Of a stretch of 64,000 nt of DNA, positions 1 to 13,214 are shown one piece after another. A model generated the notes under the pieces. The model had not been told where the DNA came from. It did not search any database and saw nothing but the letters and a program-made list of their open reading frames with translations. The stretch's first letter is position 1, and each line of letters opens with the position of its first letter. The DNA is taken from contig NC_043008.1 of the NCBI RefSeq assembly GCF_006345805.1, positions 44,206,001-44,270,000 on the forward strand. The letters run 5' to 3'. Source of the DNA: Octopus sinensis (lineage: Eukaryota). A program made the translations under genes and the position numbers.

Positions 1-22
1 ACTATCTATCTATCCATCTATG

Positions 23-53
<31 letters not shown>

Positions 54-333
54 ATATCTATCCATAGATATAATTTTACATGTAATGTATTGTATACGTA
101 CTTACATACACAAACACACACACACACACACACGCAACACGTACATATATCGTTTTCTGTTTTCAGCTCGAGAGCTGCGGCCATGCTGTGGCACCGGTGT
201 TTGATTTGCTACAGTGTAATTAAACCTCCTCAGATGTGTGGCACTTGTTGAACGAGGGAATCTGATGTTGCTGCTCTGATTTGAGGTTCATGCTGCGAGG
301 TGGGTTCATCCAGAAATTTTGACAGAATATCCA

Positions 334-550
334 GGCAGCGAGCTTGTAGAAACGTTAGCACGCCGGGCAAAATTCTTAGTTATTTCGTTTATCTTTAAGT
401 ACTGAGTTCAAATTCCGCCGAAGTCGACTTTGCCTCTCATCCATTTGGGGTCGATAAATTAAGTACCAGTTGCGTACAGGGGCCCATCAAATCTACTGGC
501 CCTCTCTCCGAAAATTTTGGGCCCTGTACCTAGAGCAGAAAAGTAAAAAA
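334..550 (+). mobile_element. tRNA-derived SINE, family A (GGCGGCGAGCTGGCAGAA head)
   Basis: Head GGCAGCGAGCTTGTAGAAACGTTAGCACGCCGGGC, B-box-like GAGTTCAAATTCC and core GTCGACTTTGCC..TCATCC..GGGGTCGATAAATTAAGTACCAG; about 20 copies in the window. Confidence 0.85.
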
Positions 551-554
551 AAGA

Positions 555-900
555 AGATCCAGGTTGGTTTTGGAATTCCCTCCAAAGAAGGTCTCTGAAT
601 CTTTGTAGGAGGATATTGAAGAGCTGTGGGCCCTTGAAGCCCAAGCCGTTGGAGTTTCGTGTCTTGTCACCTGATAGCAATGTTGGGATTTTTGGTATTA
701 TGCGGTAGAGCCCTGTGCTGCTCTTTGTATAACTGACAACGCTAAAGTTTGGTACAAGTTCTAGAATTTTCCAGCATTAAACTGTATCCTCCGAGAGACT
801 TTTGGGTCATCTGCATAGCTAGAAATAGTGACTATCTGAGCAGCTGATGGTGTGTGTGAGCGCCATTATAAAGAGCAGCGGCTCCGAGACAGTGCTACGT
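555..900 (-). mobile_element. Decayed, internally deleted CR1/L2-like LINE reverse transcriptase fragment
   Basis: Minus-strand translation gives PLLFIMA, ISSYADDPK (YADD at 806-817) and the C-terminal GFKGPQLFNILLQRFRDL. Confidence 0.7.
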
Positions 901-1134
901 GTTTCCTTGTAGCTGAATCTGTTGGCCACCACTGCTTGCTTTCTATCTTTTAGAAAATCATGAAGCCATTCTCCATGTTTTTCGAAATGTCAAGTTTATG
1001 CAGCTTGTGTCAAATATATATACATATGTATACATACATGTACACATACTTACATACATACATACACACATACACATGCACACACATATATATGTGTATA
1101 TATATACATATATATATGTATATATATAATATAT

Positions 1135-1228
<94 letters not shown>

Positions 1229-1449
1229 GGTAAGTCTACATTAATTCACATATATTTTTGTGTAATGTACCTTGCATTTACTTCGCATTGCTTTGGCCTT
1301 AACCACGATCTATATATGTGTCTGTATACATACACATTCAAACGCACGCACACAGAAATATGTCCATATATCATATGTTCATACACACACACACAAATAT
1401 ATATACTTATATATATACAAGAATTGGAGGAAATGATGGAAACACTTTC

Positions 1450-2380
1450 TTAAATAGTAGATTTTAATACATCAAGATATTGACTCGTACGAGTGCTAAG
1501 CTACTCTCAGTGGAATTATGGAATTTTGTGCATTCATCTAGTAAAAACGCTTCTAGATCTTTCTGAGACGATTGCGGAGTGGGTAGTTCCTTATTTCTTG
1601 AATATATTGAAATCTGATTGTTGTGAGGTTCAATCTAAATGATAGAATCTGGTTAAACAGTCTTCGTGAGAATTTTTAATAATAATGACATTAATATTGA
1701 ATGGGTTCGACTTCTTCCTATGATATTGCGTCACCATTAGGAAACAATGTCTGTACCACAGAATGGATAGATGAACGAAAATTCCCAGATAATGTTTGGC
1801 TTTTTTTTTTTTTTTTTTTGCAATGTAGAGAACGAAAGGGCTAAGAAGATTCCGTGATATGGTTCCTGAAATCCTCACAGAACCACCTCAATATTCCATG
1901 ATAGGAAACTAATGGTCAATTTTGAAAAATGAAAAATTCTTTAGGCTCTCTTCAAACAAGATAGACACAAGAAATAAGACCAAAACTAATGATGATACAT
2001 CATAGATGATAATTAATTGAGCCAATGAGCGCTTCTGATAGTCTGGACGCAATTTTGCCGATTAATATTTTGAATGACGCAAGACAGGTTTAGCAGTTGC
2101 AAACCGCCTATCATATTAATCTTTACAAAACTCACGACCAATGGTTTTGCTAAGGTGGCGATTCAGCTCCGCTGTCAGATTTTCTGCCATGGTTCAATCG
2201 TTTTTCGATAAAACACTTTTTTCTCTTCTGCAGGTCCTCTCTGTAAGCTTTGACTCCCACTCAGAATTATGCTTGCTAGACCTAGTTCTTCCTCGGTTTT
2301 TGAATTGCCAACATCCGTTTAGAGACTTTACCGATCGAACCATTAAGCAATTCATCCGGTTTAATGACTAGTCAGCATTT
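1450..2380 (-). mobile_element. Tc1-like transposase pseudogene
   Basis: Frameshifted minus-strand pieces AENLTAELNRHLSKTI, GSVRISGTIS, KHYLGIF and QTLFPNGDAI are collinear with Tc1 DD34E transposases. Confidence 0.7.
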
Positions 2381-2389
2381 GTTACGTTT

Positions 2390-2510
2390 ATAACAGAGAG
2401 CGGAGGAACAGTTGTCATTAATGTTATAAATATTTCAAAGGGAATATTTCATGGAGATATTCTTTCTATAATTCTGTTCATGTTGGCATGAATTTTATCA
2501 CCATTTCTGC
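2390..2510 (+). mobile_element. Short non-LTR RT fragment (R4/R2-like motif B')
   Basis: Translates NISKGIFHGDILSIILFMLA*ILSP, resembling GIFQGDSLS-type motifs. Confidence 0.4.
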
Positions 2511-2615
2511 GACAAAAATTCCAGTGGCTTCCTGCTATTTTCTACAACTGAGATATTGATGTTATCCAAACTTTCTGTGGAGATGACATGAAGATCTGTA
2601 TTAGAAATAATAATT

Positions 2616-2825
2616 ATTTCTACTCTAGGCAACAAGGTCTTGAAAATTTTGGGGGATGGGGACTAATCGATTACATTGACCCCAGTGCGTAACTGGTACT
2701 TATTTTATCGATCGCGTGAGGATGAAAGGCAAAGTCGACCTCGGTGGAATTTGAACTCAGAACGTAGCGGCATACGAAATACTGCTAAGCATTTCACCTG
2801 GCGTGCTAACTATTCTGCCAGCTCG
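2616..2825 (-). mobile_element. SINE family A
   Basis: Reverse complement of the family A consensus (GGATGAAAGGCAAAGTCGACCTCGGTGGAATTTGAACTCAG). Confidence 0.85.
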
Positions 2826-3168
2826 AGTTACTACCCAGAAAGCCGGGTTTGAGTGTATCACGTAAGGCTAGAAATGGGAACGAGGATTTCCTCTCACAAA
2901 TACTAATCGGACACAGACAGTGTGTCGTGAGCCAGCTGGAGGAGATGTTTTCCTGTGGCTAGAAACAACAATAGCATCGTCCCCTATGGAACCGCCATAT
3001 CTAGTTGGAAATCATATTTTACGACACACACACACATAATCTACGATAATTTACAGTCATCAAAATATACTTAATACAGATTTAGAGTGAAGTATATACT
3101 TATAGATATAACGGTACTATAATTCACATATATCACACGACAGAATTATATATATATTCCCGCCATAG

Positions 3169-3233
<65 letters not shown>

Positions 3234-3261
3234 TGTATATGTATATGTATATATATATATG

Positions 3262-3318
<57 letters not shown>

Positions 3319-4084
3319 TATATATGTATGTATGTATATATATATATAGAGAGAGAGAGAGACAGAGAGAGCGAGAGAGAGACATATGTTTGTGTATATA
3401 AATAAATTGACATAATATAATGTCTAAAAGTTGATGAGTACCACCTATTGATCCCCTCCATTTTCTTCTTGCTCTCTCTCTCTCTTTGTTTCTCTTTCCC
3501 TATATATATATATATATATATAATATTTCCTATCAGTTTTCAGAATTTCAATCAGCCAGGGGAGATAATCTCTCAGTCCTAAATTTTGTTCATATTCTAC
3601 ATATGTACTTTTAGAAAATATCAAACTGCGACCAAAATATAAGTTGTGCTATTTCAGTGCCAATATACTAATTTATATTTCTTTCGGCCATTTAATTTTT
3701 AACGATCTATAGACTATATTTATATTGTAATTACTATTTTGAGAATGGAATAATTTCAATGAGAAAACGAGGACAGATATTGGGTTGTGTCTCTCATTAC
3801 TTCGGGTGAAATGGCTCAGCTATATGCACTTTTGTTATTGGTGCTGGAATTGGAAATAAAATAAAATATAAAAAACGATTAAAATTATCTCAATTCTACA
3901 TTCATTCGTTAAAGAAATTAAGTTTAAAATTAAATGAGCAAAAGCGAGAGAGAGTGAGGGGGAGATAGAGAGCGTGGGAATATTTTGGGAGAAATTTCTG
4001 TTAAAAACTTGCCTGGGTTAAATGGAGCGAAAAGGTTTGGGAGCCACTGATATACTACAAGATAATGCTATTTGTTTGATACGG

Positions 4085-4125
<41 letters not shown>

Positions 4126-4182
4126 GATCTATCTACCTATTTATCTATCTATCTATCCATCTTTCTCACTCTCTGTGTGTAC

Positions 4183-4216
<34 letters not shown>

Positions 4217-4482
4217 CAGACATACACATACTGACACACAAACATGTGACTGTGTATATGTATTTATATACGTAAATACATGTGTGTGTATATGTCTATA
4301 TATACATACGTACATACACACACTAACACATGTATATATAATTACATACATATGCATATACATATATACGTATATATATATATTACGGTGGTGCCCCAGC
4401 ATAACCATATGTATATATATATATGTATATATATATATATAACGCTGCAAGTTCTTCCAATATTTCGTGTCATTAGGGGGGG

Positions 4483-4610
4483 GGGCGATCCGGCAGAAAC
4501 TTTAGCACTCCGGGCAAAATGCCGTTACATTCTGAGTTCAAATTCCGCTGAGGTCGACTTTGACTTTTCTCCTTTCGGGGTCGATTAAATTAATACCAGT
4601 TACGCATTGC
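4483..4610 (+). mobile_element. SINE family A (partial)
   Basis: GGCAGAAACTTTAGCAC...TTCTGAGTTCAAATTCCGCTGAGGTCGAC. Confidence 0.8.
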
Positions 4611-4681
4611 CATCATTTATAACACCATCTGTTCCGAAATACACCTTTCCACAGAAATAATTATGATGTAAACAATTCATA

Positions 4682-4735
<54 letters not shown>

Positions 4736-5499
4736 CATATATATATATATATATATACTCTTTTACTCTTTTACTTATTTCAGTCATTTGACTGCGGCCA
4801 TGCTGGAGCACCGCCTTTAATATATATATATATGTATATATACACAAATTTATGTATATATATGTATACACACACACACACGCACACACACGTATATATG
4901 TGTGCGTGTACGTGTCTGTGTATATATATGCGTATGCATATGTGTGAGCGCTTGTATGTACATCAGTAGATGTATATTTTCAGATACCACTCTGTTTGCC
5001 TTTTTAACGGTTGCAAACTCGCATTTCTTTAACGTCGCCATATTGTACAGCTAATCCTCAGCTTAATTACACCAGCTCATTAAACGCCATTGTTGCCAGT
5101 ATTTCGTCTGACAAGAAAAACTATTAGTTCATAAGAAAACTTCATAAATAATATAAATTTAATTCCTTTTCATTTCTCCGCTCTTATGAGCTTCAAAACT
5201 GCTGCTCTTTGTTGTTCTGTATACTTAGCAGTTTTCTTAGATTTGTCTTAGTAGACGGAATGTTTTTCAGAAATTACCTGCACGGGTTTTCATCAATTTT
5301 TCACTTCGGCTTAGGACTGTTGCTTTGCTGTTTGATGTAGAAGTGTTTGTGTATACGTGTGTGCTTGAATACGTGTGTGCTTGAGTGTGTGTGTGTGTGT
5401 ATTGTATTGTATGTATAATTAAAAATATCAAGGCCGTTATGTGTGATAGTGTGTACGTGCGTATGTGCTTGAGTGCGTATGTGTGCGTGTGTGTGCATA

Positions 5500-5532
<33 letters not shown>

Positions 5533-5820
5533 ATTGTATTGTATGTATGATTAAAAGTATCAAGGACGTATTGTGGGATAGTGTGTAGAGGTGAACGCGT
5601 TTGCAATGCGGATGGCGTTAATATATACATACAGAGGCATCACACATACACACACACGTGCAAAAGTGTATGAGTGTGTGTACATGTATGCGTGTATGTG
5701 TGTGTGTGTGTGTGTGTGTTGGGATTTTAGATTATATCACTTATCTATTTACACAACACATTGAGAGAAACAAAAGCATAAAGCAGTATAAATCCTAAAT
5801 CCTAAATCCTAAATCATAAT

Positions 5821-6137
5821 ATGTTCTTCCATCAAGATAATGCTCGGCCACATAGAGCGAGGATGACATTCCAAAGGCTGGAGCAGTTTGAATGTGAAAC
5901 GATGCCCCACCTACCATATTCGCCTGACATTGCACCATCTGATTAGCATTTATTCCCCAGTCTTCAAAATCCTTTGGACGGCAAAAAAAAATATGAATTA
6001 TATACACGAGATCAGAACAGTACTGGAAGAGTATTTTCGTCTGCGACAAGTGAATTATGGAGGAGGGGCCTTGCAAGTCTACCAAATAGATTGAAGAGGT
6101 ATTTGTAAAACATGAAGAAGAGTATATTTTAGATTAA
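5821..6137 (+). mobile_element. mariner transposase C-terminal pseudogene fragment
   Basis: Translates MFFHQDNARPHRARMTFQRLEQFECETMPHLPYSPDIAPSD*HLFPSLQN, with HQDNARPH and the YSPD(L/I)APSD motif, then a frameshift and ...EYILD*. Confidence 0.9.
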
Positions 6138-6262
6138 AAAAAGAAATTGTTTATCTTAATTTTGAAAGATGAAACAAGTATAAAAATCCGCATTATTTAT
6201 GGGATGACCCAATGGGTAAGTAGACAGATAGATAGATATAGCTAAAGATATCGATATATATG

Positions 6263-6312
<50 letters not shown>

Positions 6313-7402
6313 GATATGTGTACAAACATACATGCACATTCACACAAATACACTGTATATGTGTGTGCATGAGTTTATGCATGTGTATACCAATGTGAGA
6401 CGGTACCTCCAGGAACCAGTTCATTATGGTAATGCTGTAACTCCGCTATTCACAACTAAAACCTCAAATAGAGATATGGGACAATCTATCCATACATGGC
6501 ACAATCTACCTGAACAAGAATGTGAACTTAACATAATACAACCTATTTTAGCGGAATATCAAAAACGTCTGCTAATGAAAGAGACATCCTACGCCATTTT
6601 CTGTCTGCGATATCGTTGCTTAAATTTTGAATTTCAATTGTGTCGGAGTTTCATTTGACTTACTGTAAACATACATCTATTGGTGTCGACTCTATCGCCT
6701 ATAATATTTCTCTCCATTTCTGTTGCTTTATTTAATATGAAACTTTTAGTCATTATCTAGTCAAACAAAATCAATAATATAATTTCGTTCAATTGATTTT
6801 TATCTATCTATAGGCTCCAAATTTTCTGACACTTTTCAACCACGTGGATAATGATGGCTATCACACTCAAAGTAATTATAACTATTCCGAATATATCAAT
6901 ATGCGATATCATTATTGAAAATCATGAAAGATGAGCCGACCAATAAAAGGAGGTACGGCGCTCACGTGATTAATGTGATAAAACTAAACTATCCAAATAC
7001 TACTTCAGTTTTCATAACCCTTTGGTGACAATGGTTCCATTCCAAATCCACTGCCTTCGGTTTAATTAATATTGAATATAATGAAGGATTTAGTAAAATA
7101 TATGTGTTAACATAATTGAACATATTTCATGAGAGGTTTTAATTTCGATCAGTTGGTATCATAGATGTCGGATGTTCTCAGTGAGTCGGTATGAACAGAG
7201 TTAATGGCGCATTTGTTTTATATTCACATTTGCTGGTTATAGATTATTTGGCAAGGAACTTGATCTGAGATCATTTTTAAGCCTATTAAAGCACTTCGCA
7301 TCACGATTGAGTTGCGGTGTACGCATTCTAGGCATTTACAAAGACAGTCATCTATACATGCACCCATATATATATTATATATATATATATATACATACTT
7401 AC

Positions 7403-7501
<99 letters not shown>

Positions 7502-8122
7502 GTGTGTGTGTGTGTGTGTGTTTGTATGTGTGTGTGTAAATCCTTCATCCTGCTTGAATAGGCATCAGTCAGATGCGTCAGAGCCGTGACCATTCAATCG
7601 TTCATTCCACGCAAAATTTAGGTTAGATTACCTTATATAAAATACCTTTTATCATTCTGCTACCAGAATTATGCTCTGCGAGAAAGATTTCTGTGCTATT
7701 TCTAGCAAGTCATATCCATGTTTCCTTCTCAACACGCAATATGAAAATACCATTGATGTCTTTTAATCTAAATTCTCTAATTTTGGTCTTTTTCCGCCCT
7801 TTTTCTCCCCGCTACTGACTCCTTCTTCTTCTCTCATTTCGTCTCTAAATATTTGTACTTTTCACATTTAATTATGAAACGCATACGTCAGCAGCCACTT
7901 AGATATCTAGAAATGATAACGAACCAGGCAACATGCCTTATCGTTTTCACTTTAATCACTGGATTTCAGAAGAAAAATGACGGCGAATCTGATACTATAA
8001 AACTGTGCTTCTTAAGCATTTTTCTGTAACCAATAATACGTTCAACAGCCACGTTATTACCTCCCCTCCATACCGTCAGAGAAAAAAATAGTCTTAGAAT
8101 TGCCCGACATATTTTATAATTG

Positions 8123-8310
8123 TTTCTTTATTACCCACAAGGGGCTAAACATAGAGGGGACAAACAAGGACAGACAAAGGTATTTAGTAGATTACATCAA
8201 CCCCAGTGCGAAACTAGTACTTTATTTATCGACCCCGAAAGGATGAAAGGAAAAGTCGAACTCGGCGAAATTTGAACTCAGAACGTAACGACAGGCGAAA
8301 TACCTATTTC
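8123..8310 (-). mobile_element. SINE family A
   Basis: Reverse complement of the family A core and 3' tail. Confidence 0.8.
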
Positions 8311-9699
8311 CAAACTTAAGCATCATACGATGTACTATTCCATATGACTGATAACACACTTGTATATGTATATATAAATGTGTATTTTTTTAATGAATAT
8401 TATATGGTATAGAAATTGTTAATACAATAATAATAATGTCGTTTTAATGTGTATTATTTAGTATAGAATTTTTTAGTACAATATTAATAATATATTTAAA
8501 TTTATATTTTATTAAGATAATATCTTTCATTATTTATTGAATTACTTTATAGTGGTTCTGTCTGTCTGTCCCCCTCTCTCTACTTGGTCGTTCAAACCTT
8601 TAGAAATAGCAGTCTAATTGGCTTGGTATCACACAAAACATCCTTAAAAAAAAAACGAAGGATATACTTGGTATATTGGCTTTGCTAAATTTTGGAGTAA
8701 AACCGATCCGGACAGGTAGGGTTTCAAGACGCTTCATAATAAATTTGGTGGATAAGAGATGTTCTTGGCAAAAACTCTAAGAAGAAGAAACTCATTTCTG
8801 AAGAATCTATGGCTCAAGCGACCTTCATCAAAAAACTGTTAGACATAAGAACCAAACTTCCCTCAATTTATATGGTAGCGTTTTGAAAACTGAAGGTTAT
8901 GGTAGGTGATGTACTCGGGTATATCCTATGAAACAAAAGTAAAAAAAAGATAAGGTTTTTTCAACTGGAATGCATAGATACGATAGGGGCGGAGTGTGGC
9001 AGGTCGGCAGCAAATTCAAGGGCTGCTTCAGTGGCACACTTCCCAGCTACGCCACTGCTTAAATAAATTATAGAGGTTTATCTACGCGATTCGATATGAA
9101 GTGGGACTAAACCATAATAACACCATCATCATCAGCAACAACAGCAATAATCGCTGCTATAGCAGTAACAGCAACAACGATAACAACAACAACATCAAGC
9201 ACGGCAATGAATAACAATATTGATTAAACCTTATCACTGCCATAAACTAATCTCGATATAAAACACGTATTGAATTTATCTAACAACAAAATGATTAATG
9301 AATATGGTAGATATTCATTAGTAAAGAGTGTAAGAACAAAGCAAATTGTTCTCAATGGAAGATTAGCAGCTTCCGGTGTTTAGTTTATAAATTTGTTGTC
9401 AGATATAAAGGCTGTATAATATGACTGGAAAAGCGTTGAAGGGGGGGGGGGGAAGGGCGGTGAGAGTGAAGATGCCGATATAATATTTTGAATTAATTAA
9501 AACAGTAACGAAGAAAATAATCAATAAATCACCAACTTCGATTAGTTATGAAAATAATTAGGCTAAAGTGTTCAACAATAACAAGGTTTATGTTGTTTGC
9601 TGTGTTTGTCTTTTGCTGTCGTTGTTGTTGTTATTGTTGCTGTCATCGTTGTCACCGTTGTGTTGCTGTTGTTGCTGTTGCTGCTGTTGCTGCTGTTGC

Positions 9700-10085
9700 T
9701 GTTGAGCGAAGCGGTCTTCGTCCCAGAGCTCGCAAGATCGCGCCACTGTAGAGCGAGAAGTCCGAAACGTGGTCCTTTGCTATTCGTAAGACCCGCAGAG
9801 GAGAAAGCAGGTCAACCCCCGACACCGAGAGCATCGACGGATGGATGAATCCGCATCCAGGCTCAGCGGTTGCGTAGGAAGTCGGGGACAAGAAACAGGA
9901 AGAAAGAGTGAGAGAAAGTTGGGGCGAAAGTGTACAACAGGGGTCGCCACCACCCCCTGCCGGATCCTCGTGGAGCTTTGGGTATTTTCGCTCAATAAAC
10001 ACACACAACGCCCGGTCTGGGAATCGAAACCGCGATCCTCCGACCGCGAGTCCGCTGCCCCAACCATTGGGCCATTGCGCCTCCA
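9700..10085 (-). mobile_element. tRNA-derived SINE, family C (GGCGCAATGGCCCA head)
   Basis: Minus strand: A box TGGCCCAATGG, B box GGTTTCGATTCCC, body with (TG)n and CTTTCTCTCACTCTTTC, ending in a CAA/CAG triplet tract. Confidence 0.75.
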
Positions 10086-10271
10086 CTGCTGCTTCTGTTG
10101 TGGTTGCTGCTGCCACTGTTTACTTGTTTACTGTTGCTGGTGTTGTTTAGTCCCTAATTATCAATAAGATTTAATGGTTTTCTGGTTGTAATAATCCAGT
10201 CTGCTTTGTATATTAGTTCATGATATATCAGGAAAAATAATTTAAGATGACAGGATAGATATATAAATACC

Positions 10272-10502
10272 TATTTCATTACTACCCTCAAGGGGCTAAA
10301 CACAGAGAGGACAAACATGGACAGAAAACGGATTAAGTCGATTACATCAACCCCAGTGCGTAACTGGTTTTTAATTTATCGACCCTGAAAGGATGAAAGA
10401 CAAAGTCGTCCTCGGCAGAATTTGAACTCAGAACGCAGCGGCGGATGAAATACCACTAAGCATTTCGCCCGGCCAGCTAAGGTTTCTGCCAGCTTGCCGC
10501 CT
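10272..10502 (-). mobile_element. SINE family A
   Basis: Full reverse complement of the family A consensus. Confidence 0.85.
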
Positions 10503-10593
10503 ATAGATATATAAATACAGTCTGTAATTCTGTATTGACTTGAATGGGAAAATGTGTCAGTCAAGAAGGACTTAGGTTTGAACAATTTTTATG

Positions 10594-10760
10594 ATACAAT
10601 TGTATATTTAAGAGATGAGGAATTCTGTACATTATTTACACTTGACGGATATTTGTCCTCATCTTGTTTGTTGTTAACACAACGTTCATCAGGTGTCTTG
10701 CGGAAATTTTGAACCGAGTTCTCATTCCTAAGGTATTGTTCGATGTTGTTGTTGCTGCTG

Positions 10761-10829
<69 letters not shown>

Positions 10830-11023
10830 TCACTGCCTGGAATCGAACTCGGAACCTTGAGGTTAGTAGCCCGTGCTCTTAACCACTAAGCCATATGCTC
10901 GTGTGCATTCGAAATTTCCCAAAGATACCTGTTGAAGACTGGAGAGTATATCAGCCGAATCGTTGTGTTAACAACAAACAAGATGACAAATATTCATCAA
11001 ATGTAAATAATGTAAATAATGTA
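10594..11023 (-). mobile_element. tRNA-headed SINE with (AAT)n linker, hammerhead-like tail and a 5' inverted copy of the tail
   Basis: tRNA-like head 10826-10897 (TGGCTTAGTGG, GAGTTCGATTCC); 10620-10700 and 10910-11020 are inverted copies sharing GTTGTGTTAACAACAAACAAGATGA. Confidence 0.7.
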
Positions 11024-11389
11024 ATTTTCATGATGTTTCATATTTAGATGTTTTTATTAAATTCATTCGGTTGTTAAACATAAATAAATCTTGGAATTAA
11101 AAGGTCTCGATTTACCGCCAGAGGTCAGCTACAACTAATTTAAAAATCATATTTTCCCCTTAATACACGATTCAATTAAACTGGTAGCTGTTGCAATAAC
11201 CTCCATGCTCCGACCGCAGACATGAATGCATTCCAGGACCATTTGGCACTCGCTAATAGATCCTTCCTTCAGTATATTCTTGTTTCTGTGTGACTCTTCA
11301 AAGAACGTCATCTATTTTTCAGGTGGTGTATTCAGAATGTAGGACATTGGTGATCATGTGATCACCTAAATTCTCTGTTCTTTGTTTCC

Positions 11390-11650
11390 TGTAACACTTC
11401 CACTTCCTGATGTTTAAAGTCACTTTCTTCCAACCAATTCGTGAAGCTCGACATCCATATCATCCTTTTCCTGCTGCTTTTATTCCCTTCATTCTTTCTG
11501 ACCATTGCTAAATTCGCCAGGCCCTCTTTTTTCAACACATCACCAGGAAATTTCAGTTGCTAGGTTTATATCAGACGAAGTACCTTCTTATTTACTTCAG
11601 CCCGGGTCATCACTTCTTCATTTTTCACTTTGTTTCTCCATGCTATCATC
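11390..11650 (-). mobile_element. RTE-clade LINE ORF C-terminal fragment
   Basis: Translates IAWRNKVKNEEVMTRAEV..QLKFPGDVLKKEGLANLAMVRKNEGNKSSRKRMIWMSSF, like the RTE W..V.NEEVL..QL.F.GH..R..GLE.L..GKIEG.R.RGR motif. Confidence 0.7.
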
Positions 11651-12209
11651 AATATTCACTGACTAATGAATATCTACTATATTAATTGAGGCATTTAGTA
11701 ACAGACCGCCGTAATCGTTACAACTTGAAAACCGAGCAAAACCGGAAGTATGTGGTTGGTATGCAAGCTACTTACAGACAAGCACAAATGTATATCTATA
11801 GATTTAGAGGTGTTTATATACATATCGTGTTTGTACCTAAAGTTCAACGTGTTAGACTTAAGTCGTGTTAGGATGAAATAAGTTGTTTATATTGATAGTG
11901 CTGCAGATATCAAATTTTTTAGAAGTGTATTCACGTCCTGTGTAATATTTATTATTCAATTACTTACATTTGAATTCACATAAAATTTCTTTGGCGTTTA
12001 AACCGAATGTTTTCGCATGTATGTCTATGCACAGTTCTTTATTATGTGTAGCTGTGAATTCGATAACGTATTATGGCTTGATCGGAGCTTAAAATAGTAT
12101 TAAAATATTATTTTAATGTAATATCTTGTAGAGCACTTAACATAATATAACGTTTTAACCGCATTTACCTTCTTTACTGAAATCGCATCAGAGTATATAT
12201 ATATATATA

Positions 12210-12258
<49 letters not shown>

Positions 12259-12378
12259 ACATATATAGAATTGAAGATTATAAGCAATCACTGTTCAATG
12301 TTCGAATATACATGAATATATATATATGTGTGTCAAATGAAAGACGGAAAATAAAATATATGAGACTTATATATTTTG

Positions 12379-12472
<94 letters not shown>

Positions 12473-12713
12473 TCATATACATTGGAACAGTGATTGCTTA
12501 TAATCTCCAATTCTACCTTTTTTTGTAAACAACTTCATTCCTTGAGTAGTTTCCTAACGTACATTGGAAAGAATCTAGAGTATATTTGTAGTATGAGAAT
12601 CTTGTATATCTTCTGCACTCGTCGTTCTCAATTGTCAGCCATTGTCGTAAGTTCTATCATGTTAATTCTTCCAACGCTTATGGTAGTTGTTTTTTTTGTT
12701 TGTCCTTACTTCC

Positions 12714-12759
<46 letters not shown>

Positions 12760-12854
12760 AAATACATTTTAATTTTTCCGTTCATTGAACGGCGATTTTA
12801 CTGGAACACTGTCTGGAATTTGTTTATCGAATTGACTTTTGTACCAACTTTCAT

Positions 12855-13145
12855 AAAGCCTGGTACTCTTTTAATCAGTTGTCTTTTGCGCAACCGCTAA
12901 GCTACAGGGACTTAAACACACTAGCATCGTTTGTCAAGCGATGTTGTGGGGACAAACACAGATACACACACATACGTATATATATATATACATATACATA
13001 TATACGACGAGCTTCTTTCAGTTTCTATCTACCAATTCTACTCACGAGGCTTTGGTCGGCCCAAGACACTTGCCCAAGATGCCACGCAGTCGGACTGAAC
13101 CTGAACCATGTGGTTGGTTAGCAAGCTACTTACCACACAGCTACA
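12855..13145 (-). mobile_element. tRNA-derived SINE, family B (GTGGCTGTGTGGTAAG head)
   Basis: Reverse complement of the family B head and internal (TA)/(TG) segment. Confidence 0.85.
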
Positions 13146-13174
13146 TCTGAAAATACGTGCTGAAGGTGCCATAC

Positions 13175-13214
<40 letters not shown>

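Noticed and set aside
5790-5816. (TAAATCC)3 heptamer resembling telomeric repeat
   Set aside because: Only three copies, and not TTAGGG
5795-6085. Protein-like minus-strand ORF (..DFEDWGINANQMVQCQ..)
   Set aside because: It is the antisense shadow of the plus-strand mariner transposase fragment
9740-9782. Hammerhead-like CTGTAGA..CCGAAACGTGG in SINE family C
   Set aside because: A6 is mutated, stem II is poor and position 17 is G, so it fails the core rules in this copy
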